A DNA stretch of 64,000 nucleotides from Eledone cirrhosa (taxonomy: Eukaryota): positions 11,842,001 to 11,906,000 of the forward strand of contig OZ024761.1 of NCBI GenBank assembly GCA_964016885.1, read 5' to 3'. The notes beneath the pieces were generated by a model. That model saw only the letters and a program-made list of their open reading frames with translations. It was not told where the DNA came from and ran no database searches. Positions 49,641 to 62,475 of the stretch are shown piece after piece (within the stretch, counting starts at the first letter, position 1; each line of letters opens with the position of its first letter). Made by a program: the position numbers and the translations under genes.

Positions 49641-50139
49641 ATATAATATATGGTGTTAGGAAGAGCATTCAGTCGTAGAAAACCCGCCAGACAGTCCTAT
49701 ACAAGCAAGACAACAAATCTTGCCTCACGTGGGACAATTCCCGTCTAAATCCATGCTAGTGTGGAAGATAGATGTTAAACAATGACGATGATGATATATA
49801 TACGGCAAATGTAAAGAAAACTCCATTTTTTTACTTGATACCTGATAAAAAGTCTACTAACATTGTTATTTATTCATCGACTTTACCTTATTTGTTGAAT
49901 TAATTGTGCTGAATAAAACATGTATTTCCTAAAGCTGTCACATTGAAACATCTCACAATCTATTGATTGACTGGATACAGTTCTTTGAGAATACTTTTCA
50001 AATGTTTCGCTTCTCTTTACTCCATAAAAATAATTTATAAAACTCCAATATCATAAAAGATATCCTGCCACTTACAGATTTCCACAGCCATACAAGGACA
50101 TTTTTAAGAAGATTATTCCATCCATCTATCCATATCCAG

Positions 50140-51090
50140 TTTTGGTGTTTAGGGTGCTGTGGTTGTCCCTGACTCCGAGGTAGACAACACCAGGCAATGT
50201 CTCACAGCTGCTCTCCATGAATTTCTGTCCATAGTATCGACATTGGCCAAGTTCCATTTATACAAATCACTCTCCACGCACTCCAACCACATCTTCCTTG
50301 GTCTGCTGCAATCTCTAGTGACAGGGACTGCCAAGTGAGTGATGGAGTTGATGTATGGCGTGGTTCGCTGTACATGTCCTTACCAACAGAGACATTGTGT
50401 GTGAAGGACAGCAGTGATCTCATCTACACCCAGCTTCTGGTGGAACACAGTTCTTCCTTGGTCAGCCACGATCTCTAGTGACAGGGACTGCCAAGTGAGT
50501 GATGGAGTTGATCTATGGCGTGGTTCGCTGTACATGTCCTTACCAACGGAGACATTGTGTGTGAAGGACAGCAGTGATCTCATCTACACCCAGCTTCTGG
50601 TGGAACACAGTTCTTCCTTGGTCAGCCACGATCTCTAGTGTCAGGGACTGCCAAGTGAGTGATGGAGTTGATCTATGGCGTGGTTCGCTGTACATGTCCT
50701 TACCAACAGAGACATTGTGTGTGAAGGACAGCAGTGATCTCATCTACACCCAGCTTCTGGTGGAACACAGTTCTTCCTTGGTCAGCCACGATCTCTAGTG
50801 TCAGGGACTGCCAAGTGAGTGATGGAGTTGATCTATGGCGTGGTTCGCTGTACATGTCCTTACCAACAGAGACATTGTGTGTGAAGGACAGCAGTGATCT
50901 CATCTACACCCAGCTTCTGGTGGAACACAGTTCTTCCTTGGTCAGCCACGATCTCTAGTGACAGGGACTGCCAAGTGAGTGATGGAGTTGATGTATGGCG
51001 TGGCTCGCTGTACATGTCCTTACCAACAGAGACATTGTGTGTGAAGGACAGCAGTGATCTCATCTACACCCAGCTTCTAGTGGAGCACGG
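50140..51090 (-). mobile_element. RTE-type LINE 3' fragment with 160-bp tandem amplification (~5 copies)
   Basis: Degenerate W.GHVQR..SRPRKMWLECVESDL..DRNSWRAAV; GTGAAGGACA at 50401, 50561, 50721, 50881, 51041. Confidence 0.8.
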
Positions 51091-51930
51091 TCGAAGGAGT
51101 CTCATCTTTCAATTTGGCGCCACAGATCCACCTAATCATGGCACGATCATTTCATCAATGGCGGTGGATTGGCAGTGTCGGGAGAGGGATGGACGCCATG
51201 CTTTGCAGCATAGAGTTATGGTCCTTTATGGTCTGAGTTCAAATCCTGCCGAGGTTAGCTTTGCCTTTCATCATTACGGGGTCAATAAATAAAGTACCAG
51301 TAACGCCCAAATTGCTGGCCTTGTGCCTAAAATAGAAGCAATTATTATTATTATTTTCATAGCAACATTTTCCTGGTTCTGAGTTCAAACTAATATTAAC
51401 TGTATTTGCTGCTATATACGACACACAACCTACTATTCTAAAGACTTTATTGTGTATATATATACGTGTGTGTGTGTGTATATATATATATATAAATATA
51501 TAAGTACATATATGTGTATGTGTGCATATATATGTATGTGTGCATATATATCAGTCTATATATATATTTGTCTGTCTATATATATATATAACTCACAGTT
51601 GGGTGCGGATGCATTCATGTATATATGTGTGTGTCCGCATGTATCTGTGTGTTTCTAATTATATTGTTAATAACTCCCTCTGGTCGAGCAATCTTTGAAG
51701 TGTGAGGACAACTGGAAGGCTTCCATTGCTCATACTTCTCGCCTTCTTCACCACCTCTTCTACGGCCTCGATATAAGTACCCCCTCCGCCTCCGTGGTAT
51801 TTTCTTCGGGGTTATAAGAGGCTTAGCTCGGTTTCTCGACCGTTATATCGCGTGACTATCTCCCCCTCCGCCTTTTGGGATTCTTTCTCACGCCGTGTAG
51901 ACGCGTTCTTGAGACTAGTAAAATGAGGTA

Positions 51931-52018
51931 TCCTCTTGATAAGTCGGCAGACCTCGCAAGGACTCTATATCTTTGATATATTGTTTTTGTTTATGCCACG
52001 AAACTACGTAGTCGAGGA
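51931..52018 (+). ncRNA. Hammerhead ribozyme motif with U3-A8 core
   Basis: TCCTC-TTGATAA-GT(C)GGCA..TGCCAC-GAAA-CTACGTAG-TC-GAGGA. Confidence 0.7.
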
Positions 52019-52090
52019 ATTTAGGAGCAGTTTAGGTATGATACATTTTATTACTAATTATATCTAAATGTTTCTTCTCTCTTCATAATG

Positions 52091-52246
<156 letters not shown>

Positions 52247-52582
52247 GTGTTATTTGGTTTAACACCAGTTACATTGAAATAACAAAACAAAACAGTAAAG
52301 TGAAACAGTCAACAATGCAGCGTTGGCCTTGAAGTCTCTCTTCTACAAGACTTGCTGCTAAATTGGTGCGGTGCCATTTTAGGGTAACTATGAGGGCTGG
52401 GTGTGGGGAGGGCTGGGTGTGGGGTGGGCTGGGGTGTGGGTGGGGCTGGGGTGTGGGTGGGGCTGGAATCAAGTGAAGACTGTGTAACAATCCTATACAT
52501 GAGTTGTGATCTTAAAAGTACAGAACACTATATTGAAATTCTAAAATATTGCATTATCAACAAACATTATTTACTGCCTGGG

Positions 52583-53180
52583 AGGGTGGTGGTGGTAGAG
52601 TGGCGGTGGCGGTGGTGGTGGCAGTGCTGGTTGTGGTGGAGGTGGTGGTGGTGTGGTGGTGGTGGATGTGGTAGAGTGGCGGTGGTGGTTGTGGTGGTGG
52701 TGGATGTGGTAGAGTGGCGGTGGTGGTTGTGGTGGTGCTGGTGGTGGTGGTGGAGGTGGTGGTGGAGGTGGTGGTGGATGTGGTAGAGTGGCGGTGGTGG
52801 TGTGATGGTGGTTGTGGTGGTGTTGGTGGTGGTGGTGGAGATTGTGGTGTGGTGGGTGTGATGGTGGTGTGGTGGTAGTGGTGGTGGTGGTTGTTGTTGT
52901 GGTAGAGTGGCGGTGGTGGTTGTGGTGGTGGTGGTGGTGTGGTGGATGTGACGGTGGCTGTGGTAGAGTGGCGGTGGTGGTGTTGTGATGGTGGTGGTGG
53001 AGGTTGTGGTGGTAGTGGATGTGATGGTGATGTGGTGGTAATGGTGTTGGTGGTGTGGTGGTGGTGATAACGATGATGGTAGTGGTGATGCTGATGGTGG
53101 TGGTGGTGATGATGATGATGATGATGATGGAATTGGTGATGGTGATGCTGCTAGTGGTGGTGGAGTGGTGGCAGTGGTGC
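52583..53180. repeat. (GGT)n-rich low-complexity tract
   Basis: Direct reading. Confidence 0.92.
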
Positions 53181-53389
53181 TGCTCTATTGTTGGGTATGT
53201 AGCATGCCTAGATAGATATATGGTGGCCATGTAGGATGATTAAGGATTCTCGCCACATATCATATAATCCAATGTGTAAACTTGTTGAATGGAAGTTATT
53301 TTAGATTTGTTAAGTTCAATAAAATGGACCCCCCCCCCCCCCCCAAAAAAAAAAAATTCTGCCAAAATTAACCAAATTGTATTTAAAGT

Positions 53390-54992
53390 ATTAGTATTTA
53401 AACTGGGCATATCTGGCCAGAATTCTCTCACCTCTCTCTGTTCAAACTGGCTGCTCATAGTAATGTTAAGGTATTGTTCTCAAAATGAATAATATCAAAA
53501 TCTCATAGATTCGATATTCATCATCATCATCATCATCACCGTTTTACGTCCGTTCTTCCACGCTAGCATGGGTTAGACGGGTTGTCCTGTTGTGGGCAGT
53601 GTCTGGTCGGCTAACCATGCCTTGCTCATACAGGAACTGATTCTGGCTTGATTTCTACAGCTGGATGCCCTTCCTAACACCAACCTCATTTACAGTGTGG
53701 GCTGGGTGCTTTTTTGCTGTGGCACCTCCACGACCACTTTGCAGTGGGAGGGTGTGGTGGCATATTGTCTATACGCTTCAGCTTCGGCTTGTACCCGTGG
53801 GGGTCGGGTCTTCTGTATTACTGCGTGACGCCAGAGGTCAAGGTCGTGTGCCATCACCTTGAGAGGTGTAATTGGGTAAGGTCGGCTTTTATCACCTCAT
53901 CCCAGATCTTCTTGGGTCTCCCCACTCCGCAGTTTCCATCGACTTCTAGTGCTCTGCACCTTTTTATGCAGCTGTCATCCTTCATACGCATCACATGTCC
54001 ATACCAACGCAACTGCCTCTCCTGCACACAGCATTTGATTCCTCTTATGCTCAGTCTCTCTCTCAATTCATTTATGCTTTGCCGTTCACGTATATTACTA
54101 TTACACATCCATCGGAGCATGCAGGCTTTATTTATTTCTAATCTATGCAAGTCTTCCACAGACAGCGCCCAGGTCTCACTACCATGTAACATTGCTGTTC
54201 GGATACACGCATCATGCAGTCTGCCTTTCATTTTGAGGAAAAAGCCTTTTGCAGCTAGCAGTGGCAGTAGCTCCCTGAACTTCTTCCATCCTGTTCTTAC
54301 TCTAGTTATTGTACTTTCCGAACACCCACCTCCGCTGCTAATTCGGTCACCTAGGTAGCAGAAGCTGTCTACTGTTTCTACAGAGCCCTCCCAGAGATTG
54401 GTGGTACTTGTTTCCTGTGGCTGTTTGCTGTTTGCTGTCCCAGCACAGCTGCTGCATGTGAAGCCTACATTCTTGATTAAGCCTCCTGAGATCCCGCTAC
54501 ATCTCTTGTGTACCCATTGTTTGCATTTGGGGCAGAGAATGGAGTTCCTACCTACACCTTTCCTACATACTGAGCAAGGCCATTTCCCTGAGGGGATCTG
54601 GGTTCTGTTTTCTCGTCTACTTACAAGGACCTTAGTCTTTGTCAGGTTGACCCTGAGACTCTTTCTCTCTAGTCCCTGCTTTCAAGTTTGGAATTTCTTC
54701 TCTAGATATTATGTGAGATAAAGTCTTTACCACGAAAATACAATAGTATATATAGAGTAATGTAAATGTTATGTGAGATATTATGTGAGGTAAAGCCTTT
54801 ACTGTGTAAATACAATAGTATATATAGAGTAATGTAAATGTTATGTGAGATATTATGTGAGGTAAAGCCTTTACTGTGTAAATACAATAGTATATATAGA
54901 GTAATGTAAATGTTATGTGAGATATTATGTGAGGTAAAGCCTTTACTGTGTAAATACAATAGTATATATAGAGTAATGTAAATGCTAAATGG
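53390..54992. mobile_element. piggyBac-like MITE split by an RTE LINE; 72-bp unit expanded ~4x at 54705-54985
   Basis: MITE body to 53518, resumes at 54705 (GATATT on both sides), ends TAAATGG-TTAA. Confidence 0.75.
53519..54704 (-). mobile_element. 5'-truncated RTE-type LINE with Cys/His-rich (PHD-like) insert and (ATG)n tail
   Basis: Minus-strand PCSVCRKGVGRNSILCPKCKQWVHKRC..; MLHGSETW, QLRWYGHVMRM, GRPKKIW. Confidence 0.85.
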
Positions 54993-55019
54993 TTAAAGTG
55001 GCTGTATCCAGACTCTTTC

Positions 55020-55211
55020 TGTTTGAACCAGCCGTATCTGGCCAGAATTCTCTCACCTCTTTCTGTTTAAACCGGCTGTAACTGGCCACTCATACTTATG
55101 TTAAGGTATTGTTCTCAAATCTTATTGATTCGATATTATGTGAGATATTTATGTAAGATAAAGCCTTGACCATGAAAATACAATAGTATATATAGAGTAA
55201 ATGGTAAAGGG
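55020..55211. mobile_element. piggyBac-like MITE copy (left end degenerate)
   Basis: Ends TAAAGGG-TTAA. Confidence 0.7.
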
Positions 55212-55985
55212 TTAAGGAACCATTTTAATGTTGGAATATTAAACTCTTGAAGAAATGATATTACTTGACCTTTGCTTTCAGGAATTCTCTCCTTAAAGAA
55301 ATTCTTTGACGTTTAGCTAAGAATTTCCTTCCTCCAATTGGTGTTGCATAATGGCTGAAACTGTAGCCAATATAGGGAGGGGGGACTCTATTTGGTCCAC
55401 ATAGCATGCTAGAAATAGCAGTTAAATTTCCCTAAAATCTTATCCTACTATCTTAACAAAGGGACACACATTTGATAATATTAGCTTGGGATATACAATA
55501 TGATGGATGGTCGAGGCTGGGTTCTCTTTTGATCATATATCTACTTGCTATGGACAGACCTAGGGCTAAACAACAAGAGTAGTTATAGCTGGATGATTGT
55601 ACTTGTAATTCAAAGAGTCAGCTTTGTCATGCTGAATCTCCCTGAGAATTACATTATGGGTACACGCGTCTGTGGAAAGCTCAGCCACTTACATGATAAA
55701 ACTAGTTTGACTGTACCTGTAATTGAAGGGGTCGACTTTTTCACAAACTGCGACATGCTAAATCTCCCTGAGAATTACATTATGGGTACATGTGTCTGTG
55801 GAATGCACAGACACTTATACATTAATTACAAGGCAAAGTTGACCTCGGCGGGATTTGAACTCAGAGCATAAAGGGCGTTAACTCTTTGCTGCAAAGCATG
55901 GCGTCTGACAATAATAATAATAATTGTTTCTACTATAAGCACAAGGCCAGAAATTTGGGGAGAGGGGAAAGTCGATTGAATCAAC

Positions 55986-56150
55986 CCAGTGCATTACTGG
56001 TACTTTATTTTATCAACATCAGTGCATTACTGGTACTTTATTTTATCAACATCAGTGCATTACTGGTACTTTATTTTATCAACATCAGTGCATTACTGGT
56101 ACTTTATTTTATCAACATCAGTGAATTACTGGTACTTTATTTTATCAACC
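55986..56150. repeat. 33-bp tandem repeat (~5 copies) inside a SINE-like repeat
   Basis: CAGTGCATTACTGGTACTTTATTTTATCAACAT; single-copy version near 7610-7640. Confidence 0.88.
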
Positions 56151-56334
56151 CCATTAGGATGAAAGGCAAAGCTAACCTCGGCTCAGTATCACCAAAGCCA
56201 TTGAAAGCACCCTCTCCCAGTTTCTTGTCCTCTAGTCAGAGTAGGCCGAGTCAGTCCTGCTGACCTTACCCACCTTTTGTGAAATGCTCTAGAAGGCAGA
56301 ATCTTCTTCTTCACCCTCACTTTCCTCTTTGAAA

Positions 56335-56510
56335 GCTTGGACAGAGTGTATCTTATTGTGGCACCAGCACTACCACTTTATAGTGTGGACAGGGTGCATT
56401 TTATTGTGGCACCAGCACTACCACTTTATAGTGTGGACAGGGTGCATTTTATTGTGGCACCAGCACTACCACTTTATAGTGTGGACAGGGTGCATTTTAT
56501 TGTGGCACCA
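56335..56510. repeat. 48-bp tandem repeat, SINE-body-like
   Basis: GTGGCACCAGCACTACCACTTTATAGTGTGGACAGGGTGCATTTTATT. Confidence 0.85.
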
Positions 56511-57212
56511 GCCATTGACTTAACCGGAGAGTCCTCTCTACCCTATCATAGGGTATTGGAGGATTTCTTGTCATAAAGTAGCTGTGTTTAGGGAGTGACA
56601 ACAGGAGTAAGTAGGGTATAATCGACTTTCCCCTATCCACAGAGAAGGAGAAAGAATGTCTAAGAGAGACAGAGGAAGAAAGATCAACCCCAGGACTGCA
56701 CTGGTACTTTAGTTTCTTTTATATCTATTTTAAAAAGGTGAAAGACAAAGTTGATCTTGACAGATCTTGAACTTGGAGCTCAGAGATCTTGAATGAAATC
56801 CACAAAGCATTCTATCGGATGTTTCATCGCGATCCCCGACATTAGCATATCATTTTAAATTCAGTGGAATAGATTCATTTCCACAATAAATCAGAGAAAT
56901 ATTTAAATATCTAAACAGGCACAAATACATTGATACCTTATTTTGTTGTCATTATTTGAACAAAATTTTTATTATTTATCAATATCTGTGTGAGCTGCTC
57001 AAGTTGAATGGTTATAAATTTGACCTAAATGAAAACTTCATATTCCATCTGTGACTAATAAATAGATCTATTATACAACTGTCACATTATATTTGATAGA
57101 TGCTCCGTTGGTTTCGACAATGAATATTCAGTTATTCAATCAATCTTAACGTAACTTGTAAATTAAATGGTTAAATTAACCCCTTCGTTACCATATTTCT
57201 GACAAAAGGCGC

Positions 57213-57362
57213 AGTTGAGGTCCTCCGCAAGATCGGAACGTCTGCGGCCCGGATGGGGGACAGAGACCCATGACGTGGGGTGGCTGTTGCAGTGGGTGTC
57301 ATTGGCCAATGTCTGGGGGAATGCTGCTTTGACTGCAGGGAGCAGCCCCTCTACCGCTGCCT
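57213..57362 (+). mobile_element. Possible CRE-clade non-LTR 3' relic
   Basis: GC-richer patch encoding WLLQWVSLANVWGNAA, resembling the CRE C-terminal QRxSxAxxRGNA motif. Confidence 0.45.
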
Positions 57363-57523
57363 AATCATCTTCCCCCTCCCCACCTATCTGTGACCCTAGA
57401 GTCCTTGCCATTTCATCCTCTCCCTGTTTTTTAAATTTCTTTTTCTCTTTTTCTCTATATTTTCCTATTTTACATTCCATTCTTCTCAATCTAAATTTCC
57501 TTTTTTTTTCTTTTTCTATTAAA

Positions 57524-57582
<59 letters not shown>

Positions 57583-57884
57583 TATACACATATATATATA
57601 TACATATATATATAAACAGGGGCTGTGTAGTTGCTGGATAAGGTGTACTTATAAATAAGAAGAAAGCATGAATGGGAGAAAATTTTCCTTCATCAGTTAT
57701 CTGCTGGGGATCATGGAGGTGTCTACGCATTAAAGACAAGATACCTTACCCCAGGGCCTCAATAACTAAAGGAAGTTATTGGGGAAGAAAGGGAGAGAGA
57801 GAAAAAAAAATGTAACAGAAGGGAAAAGCGAAGAAATAGGAAAAAAACAGGAAACAACAAACCGAAGGAGGAAACCCGAAGCAC

Positions 57885-57927
<43 letters not shown>

Positions 57928-57930
57928 TAT

Positions 57931-58040
57931 GAAAATGTTTGACCCCAACGGCAGAGCTTAAGCCGTTTCGACGGCTATTTCTGGACTCAGAAATAGCCGT
58001 CGAAATGGCTTGAGCTCTGCCGTCGGGGTTAAACATTTTC
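57931..58040. repeat. ~53-bp-arm hairpin beside a TA microsatellite
   Basis: GAAAATGTTT..ATTTCTG gact CAGAAAT..AAACATTTTC. Confidence 0.88.
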
Positions 58041-58233
58041 CTATTACGCACTCTACTACCCTAAGTATTGAGTACTCTGGTGCGTTATGGTTCATCTGGT
58101 TCCTTACCACACCTCCTTTGTTATATATATATATATATATATATAGTAATAATAATAAATGTGAAGACTAAAATCTGAAGAGGGCTCGATAAGGATTATA
58201 TATATATAAAAATATATAAAAACCGTAGAGAAA

Positions 58234-58382
58234 ATATTTATTAAAATAACAGATTAAAGTTTAAGCAAAGAATCGCTGCTTTCACCCTTAACGGGATCTT
58301 CTGAAACAGTTTCAGAAGATCCTGTTAAGGGTGAAAGCAACAATTCTCTACTTAAACTTTAATTTGTTATTTTAATAAATAT
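58234..58382. repeat. ~74-bp-arm hairpin, family shared with 1150-1293 and 12988-13125
   Basis: Centre CTGAAAC-A-GTTTCAG at 58308. Confidence 0.88.
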
Positions 58383-58429
58383 ATATATTTATATCTATAA
58401 AAGTAGTACCACAACAGTTACTTCACCAT

Positions 58430-58472
58430 ACCGAGAACAAATGTTTCACCTTATTTGGATCCTCAGCTCGGT
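58430..58472 (-). ncRNA. Minimal type I hammerhead ribozyme motif
   Basis: ACCGAG-CTGAGGA-TCCAAATAAGGT-GAAA-CATTTG-TT-CTCGGT; 6-bp stem I. Confidence 0.7.
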
Positions 58473-58861
58473 CTAATAACTGCTACATAAATATATATAT
58501 ATGTATATATATGTATGTAGCAGTGGTTTGATACTCTTTTCAATAGAGTTTCTTTTATCAAATGGCCAGCAAGAAGCTGACCTCTGTGACCTCATAGATA
58601 TGTTTATATTGTGAATGGGTTCTCAAGTTGCCAATATGTCTGAAATTTTGATATATCAAATGGCCATCTGTTTGTTCTCAGGTCTTGAAGAATAAGAAAG
58701 ATATATTCACGAATAGCCTGCTCCCAGAGTGAAGGAGGGCAGTTGCAGCATTGATTTCTAGCAGTTGAGATGTAGTCCCTTGCTTTACACAGGCCCTGTG
58801 GATCTCTCTCTCTCTTTTGTTGTGGGCAATGCTATGCTCAGGTGACCATGTTATGCTCATG

Positions 58862-59560
58862 CAGAACTGATTTGGGCTTGATTTCTACAGCTGGATGCCT
58901 TTCCTAGCACCAACCTCATTTACATTGAGTACTGGGTGCTTTTTGTCATGACACCTACACGACCACTTTCCAGTGTGGACTGGGCACTTTTTGTTGTGAC
59001 ACCTACATGACCACTTTACAGTGTGTACTGGGGGGCACCTTCGGTCGTGTCACCTACATGACCACTTTACAGTGTGGACTGGGTACTTTTGGTTGTGTCA
59101 TCTACACGACCACTTTACAGTGTGGACTGGGCACTTTTGGTTGTGTCACCTACATGACCACTTTACAGTGTGGACTGGGACTTTAGGTCGTGACACCTAC
59201 ACGACCACTTTACAGTGTGGACTGGGCACCTTCGGTCGTGTCACCTACATGACCATTTTACAGTGTGGACTGGGTACTTTTGGTTGTGTCACCTACATGA
59301 CCACTTTACAGTGTGGACTGGGTACTTTTGGTTGTGTCACCTACATGACCATTTTACAGTGTGGACTGGGACTTTAGGTCGTGACACCTATATGACCACT
59401 TTACAGTGTGGACTGGAGACTTTAGGTCGTGACACCTATATGACCATTTTACAGTGTGGACTGGGACTTTAGGTCGTGACACCTATATGACCACTTTACA
59501 GTGTGGACTGGAGACTTTTAGTCATGTCACCTACATGATCACTTTACAGTGTGGACTGGA
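58862..59560 (-). repeat. SINE-body fragment with ~48-bp internal tandem expansion (~13 copies)
   Basis: CACCTACATGACCACTTTACAGTGTGGACTGGGTACTTTTGGTTGTGT. Confidence 0.85.
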
Positions 59561-60274
59561 GACTTCACTGGATGTAACTTCAGCTTGTCCTCATGGGAAA
59601 TGTATGGGAGAGGGTGGTGCATATGTGAGTATGTGTATAAATATATACATACATACATACACACACACACACATATATATATATATAACCCCATACTTTA
59701 GTATAAATGTCAGACCAACTATCTATAAATCTTTTCGGCTGTTACATTGCTCAGATTCCAGTATGTTCTGATTAATTTTAATTACATAAGCAAACGTACA
59801 TACATCCATACCACACACATATACACATACAGAGACGTACACACACACACTTACACAGACATATACACATACATAGGCATACACACATACCACACACACA
59901 TACCACCCGCACAATACAGACTACACCTGACATACTGCAGATATTACACACATATATATATATATACACACACACACACACTTACACAGACATACACATA
60001 CACACATGCACTTACATCACACTCTTAACCCCCGTATCTTATGAAGCTGAAAGGTGGGTTGTGAGAAAGAATCAGATTTAAGAGCAATACAACTACCATC
60101 GAGACATCTATTGCTTTGGGAAACTGTGTCACTGAAAAGGGCAGGAGTGGGGTCAATATAGATTGATAAAAAGAAGAAGGTATATATTTGGATTGGAAGA
60201 GAAGTCCTACTTGGGAGTGGGGACTAGCTAATCAAATGGGTTTTCAAAAAGATGAAAATAATTTAAAGGATTAA

Positions 60275-60691
60275 CCCTTTAGCATTTACATTACTCTATA
60301 TATACTATTGTGGTAAAGGCTTTTACCTTACATGATTCATCATCATCATCATCATCATTTTACGTCCGTTTTTCCCTGCTTGCAAGGGTAGGACGGGTCC
60401 TATTCAGCACAGCATCTCTCCACTTGTCACGGTCCTTCGTCATCTCCTCCGTGAGCTTCAGCGGTCTGATGTCTGCTCTCACCACCTCCGCCCATGTTTT
60501 TCGTGGTCTTCCTCTACTGCGTCTTCCTTCTACTGGCATTTCCTCACATAATATCAAATCTACGAGATCTTGATATTATTTATGTTGAGAACAGTACCTT
60601 AACATCAGTATGAGTGACCAGTTACAGCCGGTTTGAACAGAAAGAGGTCAGAGAATTCTGGCCGGATATGGCCGGTTTAAATGCTAAAGGG
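60275..60691. mobile_element. piggyBac-like MITE with perfect 14-bp TIRs, interrupted by an RTE 3' end
   Basis: TTAA-CCCTTTAGCATTTA..TAAATGCTAAAGGG-TTAA. Confidence 0.85.
60337..60540 (-). mobile_element. RTE-type LINE 3' end with (ATG)n tail
   Basis: MPVEGRRSRGRPRKTWAEVVRADI..DRDKWRDAV..EKRT-stop then ATGATG. Confidence 0.85.
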
Positions 60692-61339
60692 TTAATACTT
60701 GTCCAACTGACACGGCTGGATCCCCAAGCGAGACCAGCCAAGCTCATGGATGTTATCCAACCATCTTGCTCGGGGTCCACCACTGGGTCTCCTACCGGTT
60801 GGTTTTGCCTGTAAAATCTGTCCAGTGATTCTTTCCTGAGACATTCTAAACCACATATCCATAGTATCAGAGCTGTGATCTCTTAATTCAGAGACCACTT
60901 TGCAGTGGGGGAGAGGGGGGACATATTGTCTATATGCTTCAGCATCGGCTGGTAGACAGGGGTCACGGTCACCTTTGAGAAAAAAAATATATATATATAT
61001 ACTGTAAACGTGGTTGGTGTTAGGAAGGGCATCCAGCCGTAGAAAACCTGCCAGATACAGTCCTATACGAGCGAGACACGGTCACCCGATCAATCTTGCC
61101 TCAAGTGGGACAATTCCCGTCTAAACCCATGCTAACGTGACGTTAAATGATGATGATAATGATACATATGTACATATCTATATATACAATGCAATGATAT
61201 TAATATTTACTCCAGTAAACTGTTGAGTGCTCTAAATCAGTTATAAACATATATTAGATACACAAACTTAAAGTTAGCCGATTATTTAATATTCTGCTCA
61301 CCTATTCATGGTTTTAATGTCAAATTTTAGGTGTGTGTG

Positions 61340-62386
61340 TGTGTGTGTTATTGAGAAGGGCTGGTGTTTGTGTGTGTGTGTGTTATTGAGAAGGGCTGGT
61401 GTTTGTGTTTGTTATTGAGAAGTGCTGGTGTTTGTGTGTGTGTATGTGTATGTGTGTTATTGAGAAGGGCTGGTGTTTGTGTGTGTTATTGAGAAGTGCT
61501 GGTGTTTGTGTGTGTGTATGTGTATGTGTGTTATTGAGAAGGGCTGGTGTTTGTGTGTGTGTGTGTTATTGAGAAGGGCTGGTGTTTGTGTGTGTGTGTG
61601 TTATTGAGAAGGGCTGGTGTTTGTGTGTGTTATTGAGAAGTGCTGGTGTTTGTGTGTGTGTATGTGTATGTGTGTTATTGAGAAGGGCTGGTGTTTGTGT
61701 GTGTTATTGAGAAGGGCTGGTGTTTGTGTGTGTGTGTGTTATTGAGAAGGGCTGGTGTTTGTGTGTGTGTGTGTTATTGAGAAGGGCTGGTGTTTGTGTG
61801 TATGTATGTGTGTTATTGTGAAGGGCTGCTCTGTGTGTGTATGTGTGTATATATGTGTGTGTGTATGTATATGTGTGTGTGTATATGTGTTATTGTGAAG
61901 GGCTGGTGGTTGTGTGTATATATGTGTATGTTATTATATGTGTATATATGTATGTTATTGTGAAGGGCGGGTGTGTGTATATATGTCTGTATATATATGT
62001 GTGTGTGTATGTATATGTATAAATATGTATATATAAATATGTATATATATATATGTATATATGTGAAGGGCTGGTGTGTGTATATATATATATATGTGAA
62101 GGGCTGGTGTGTATGTATATGTATATATATATATCTATATATGTGAAGGGCTGGTGTGTATGTATATATATATGTATATATGTGAAGGGCTGGTGTGTAT
62201 GTATATATGTATACATATATATGTGAAGGGCTGGTGTGTATGTATATGTATATATGTGTATATATATGTATGTGAAGGGCTGGTGTGTATATATATATGT
62301 GTGTATATGTGTATATATATGTATGTGAAGGGCTGGTGTGTATATATATATGTGTGTGTATATATGTATGTGAAGGGCTGGTGTGT

Positions 62387-62417
<31 letters not shown>

Positions 62418-62440
62418 TATATATGTATGTGAAGGGCTGG

Positions 62441-62475
<35 letters not shown>

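Noticed and set aside
52403-53230. His/Pro/Thr-rich and Trp/Val-rich ORFs
   Set aside because: Translations of (GGT)n low-complexity DNA
55262-55360. Possible minus-strand exon (AG..GT bounded) upstream of SLC45
   Set aside because: Weak polypyrimidine tract and no recognisable peptide; cannot be supported without transcripts
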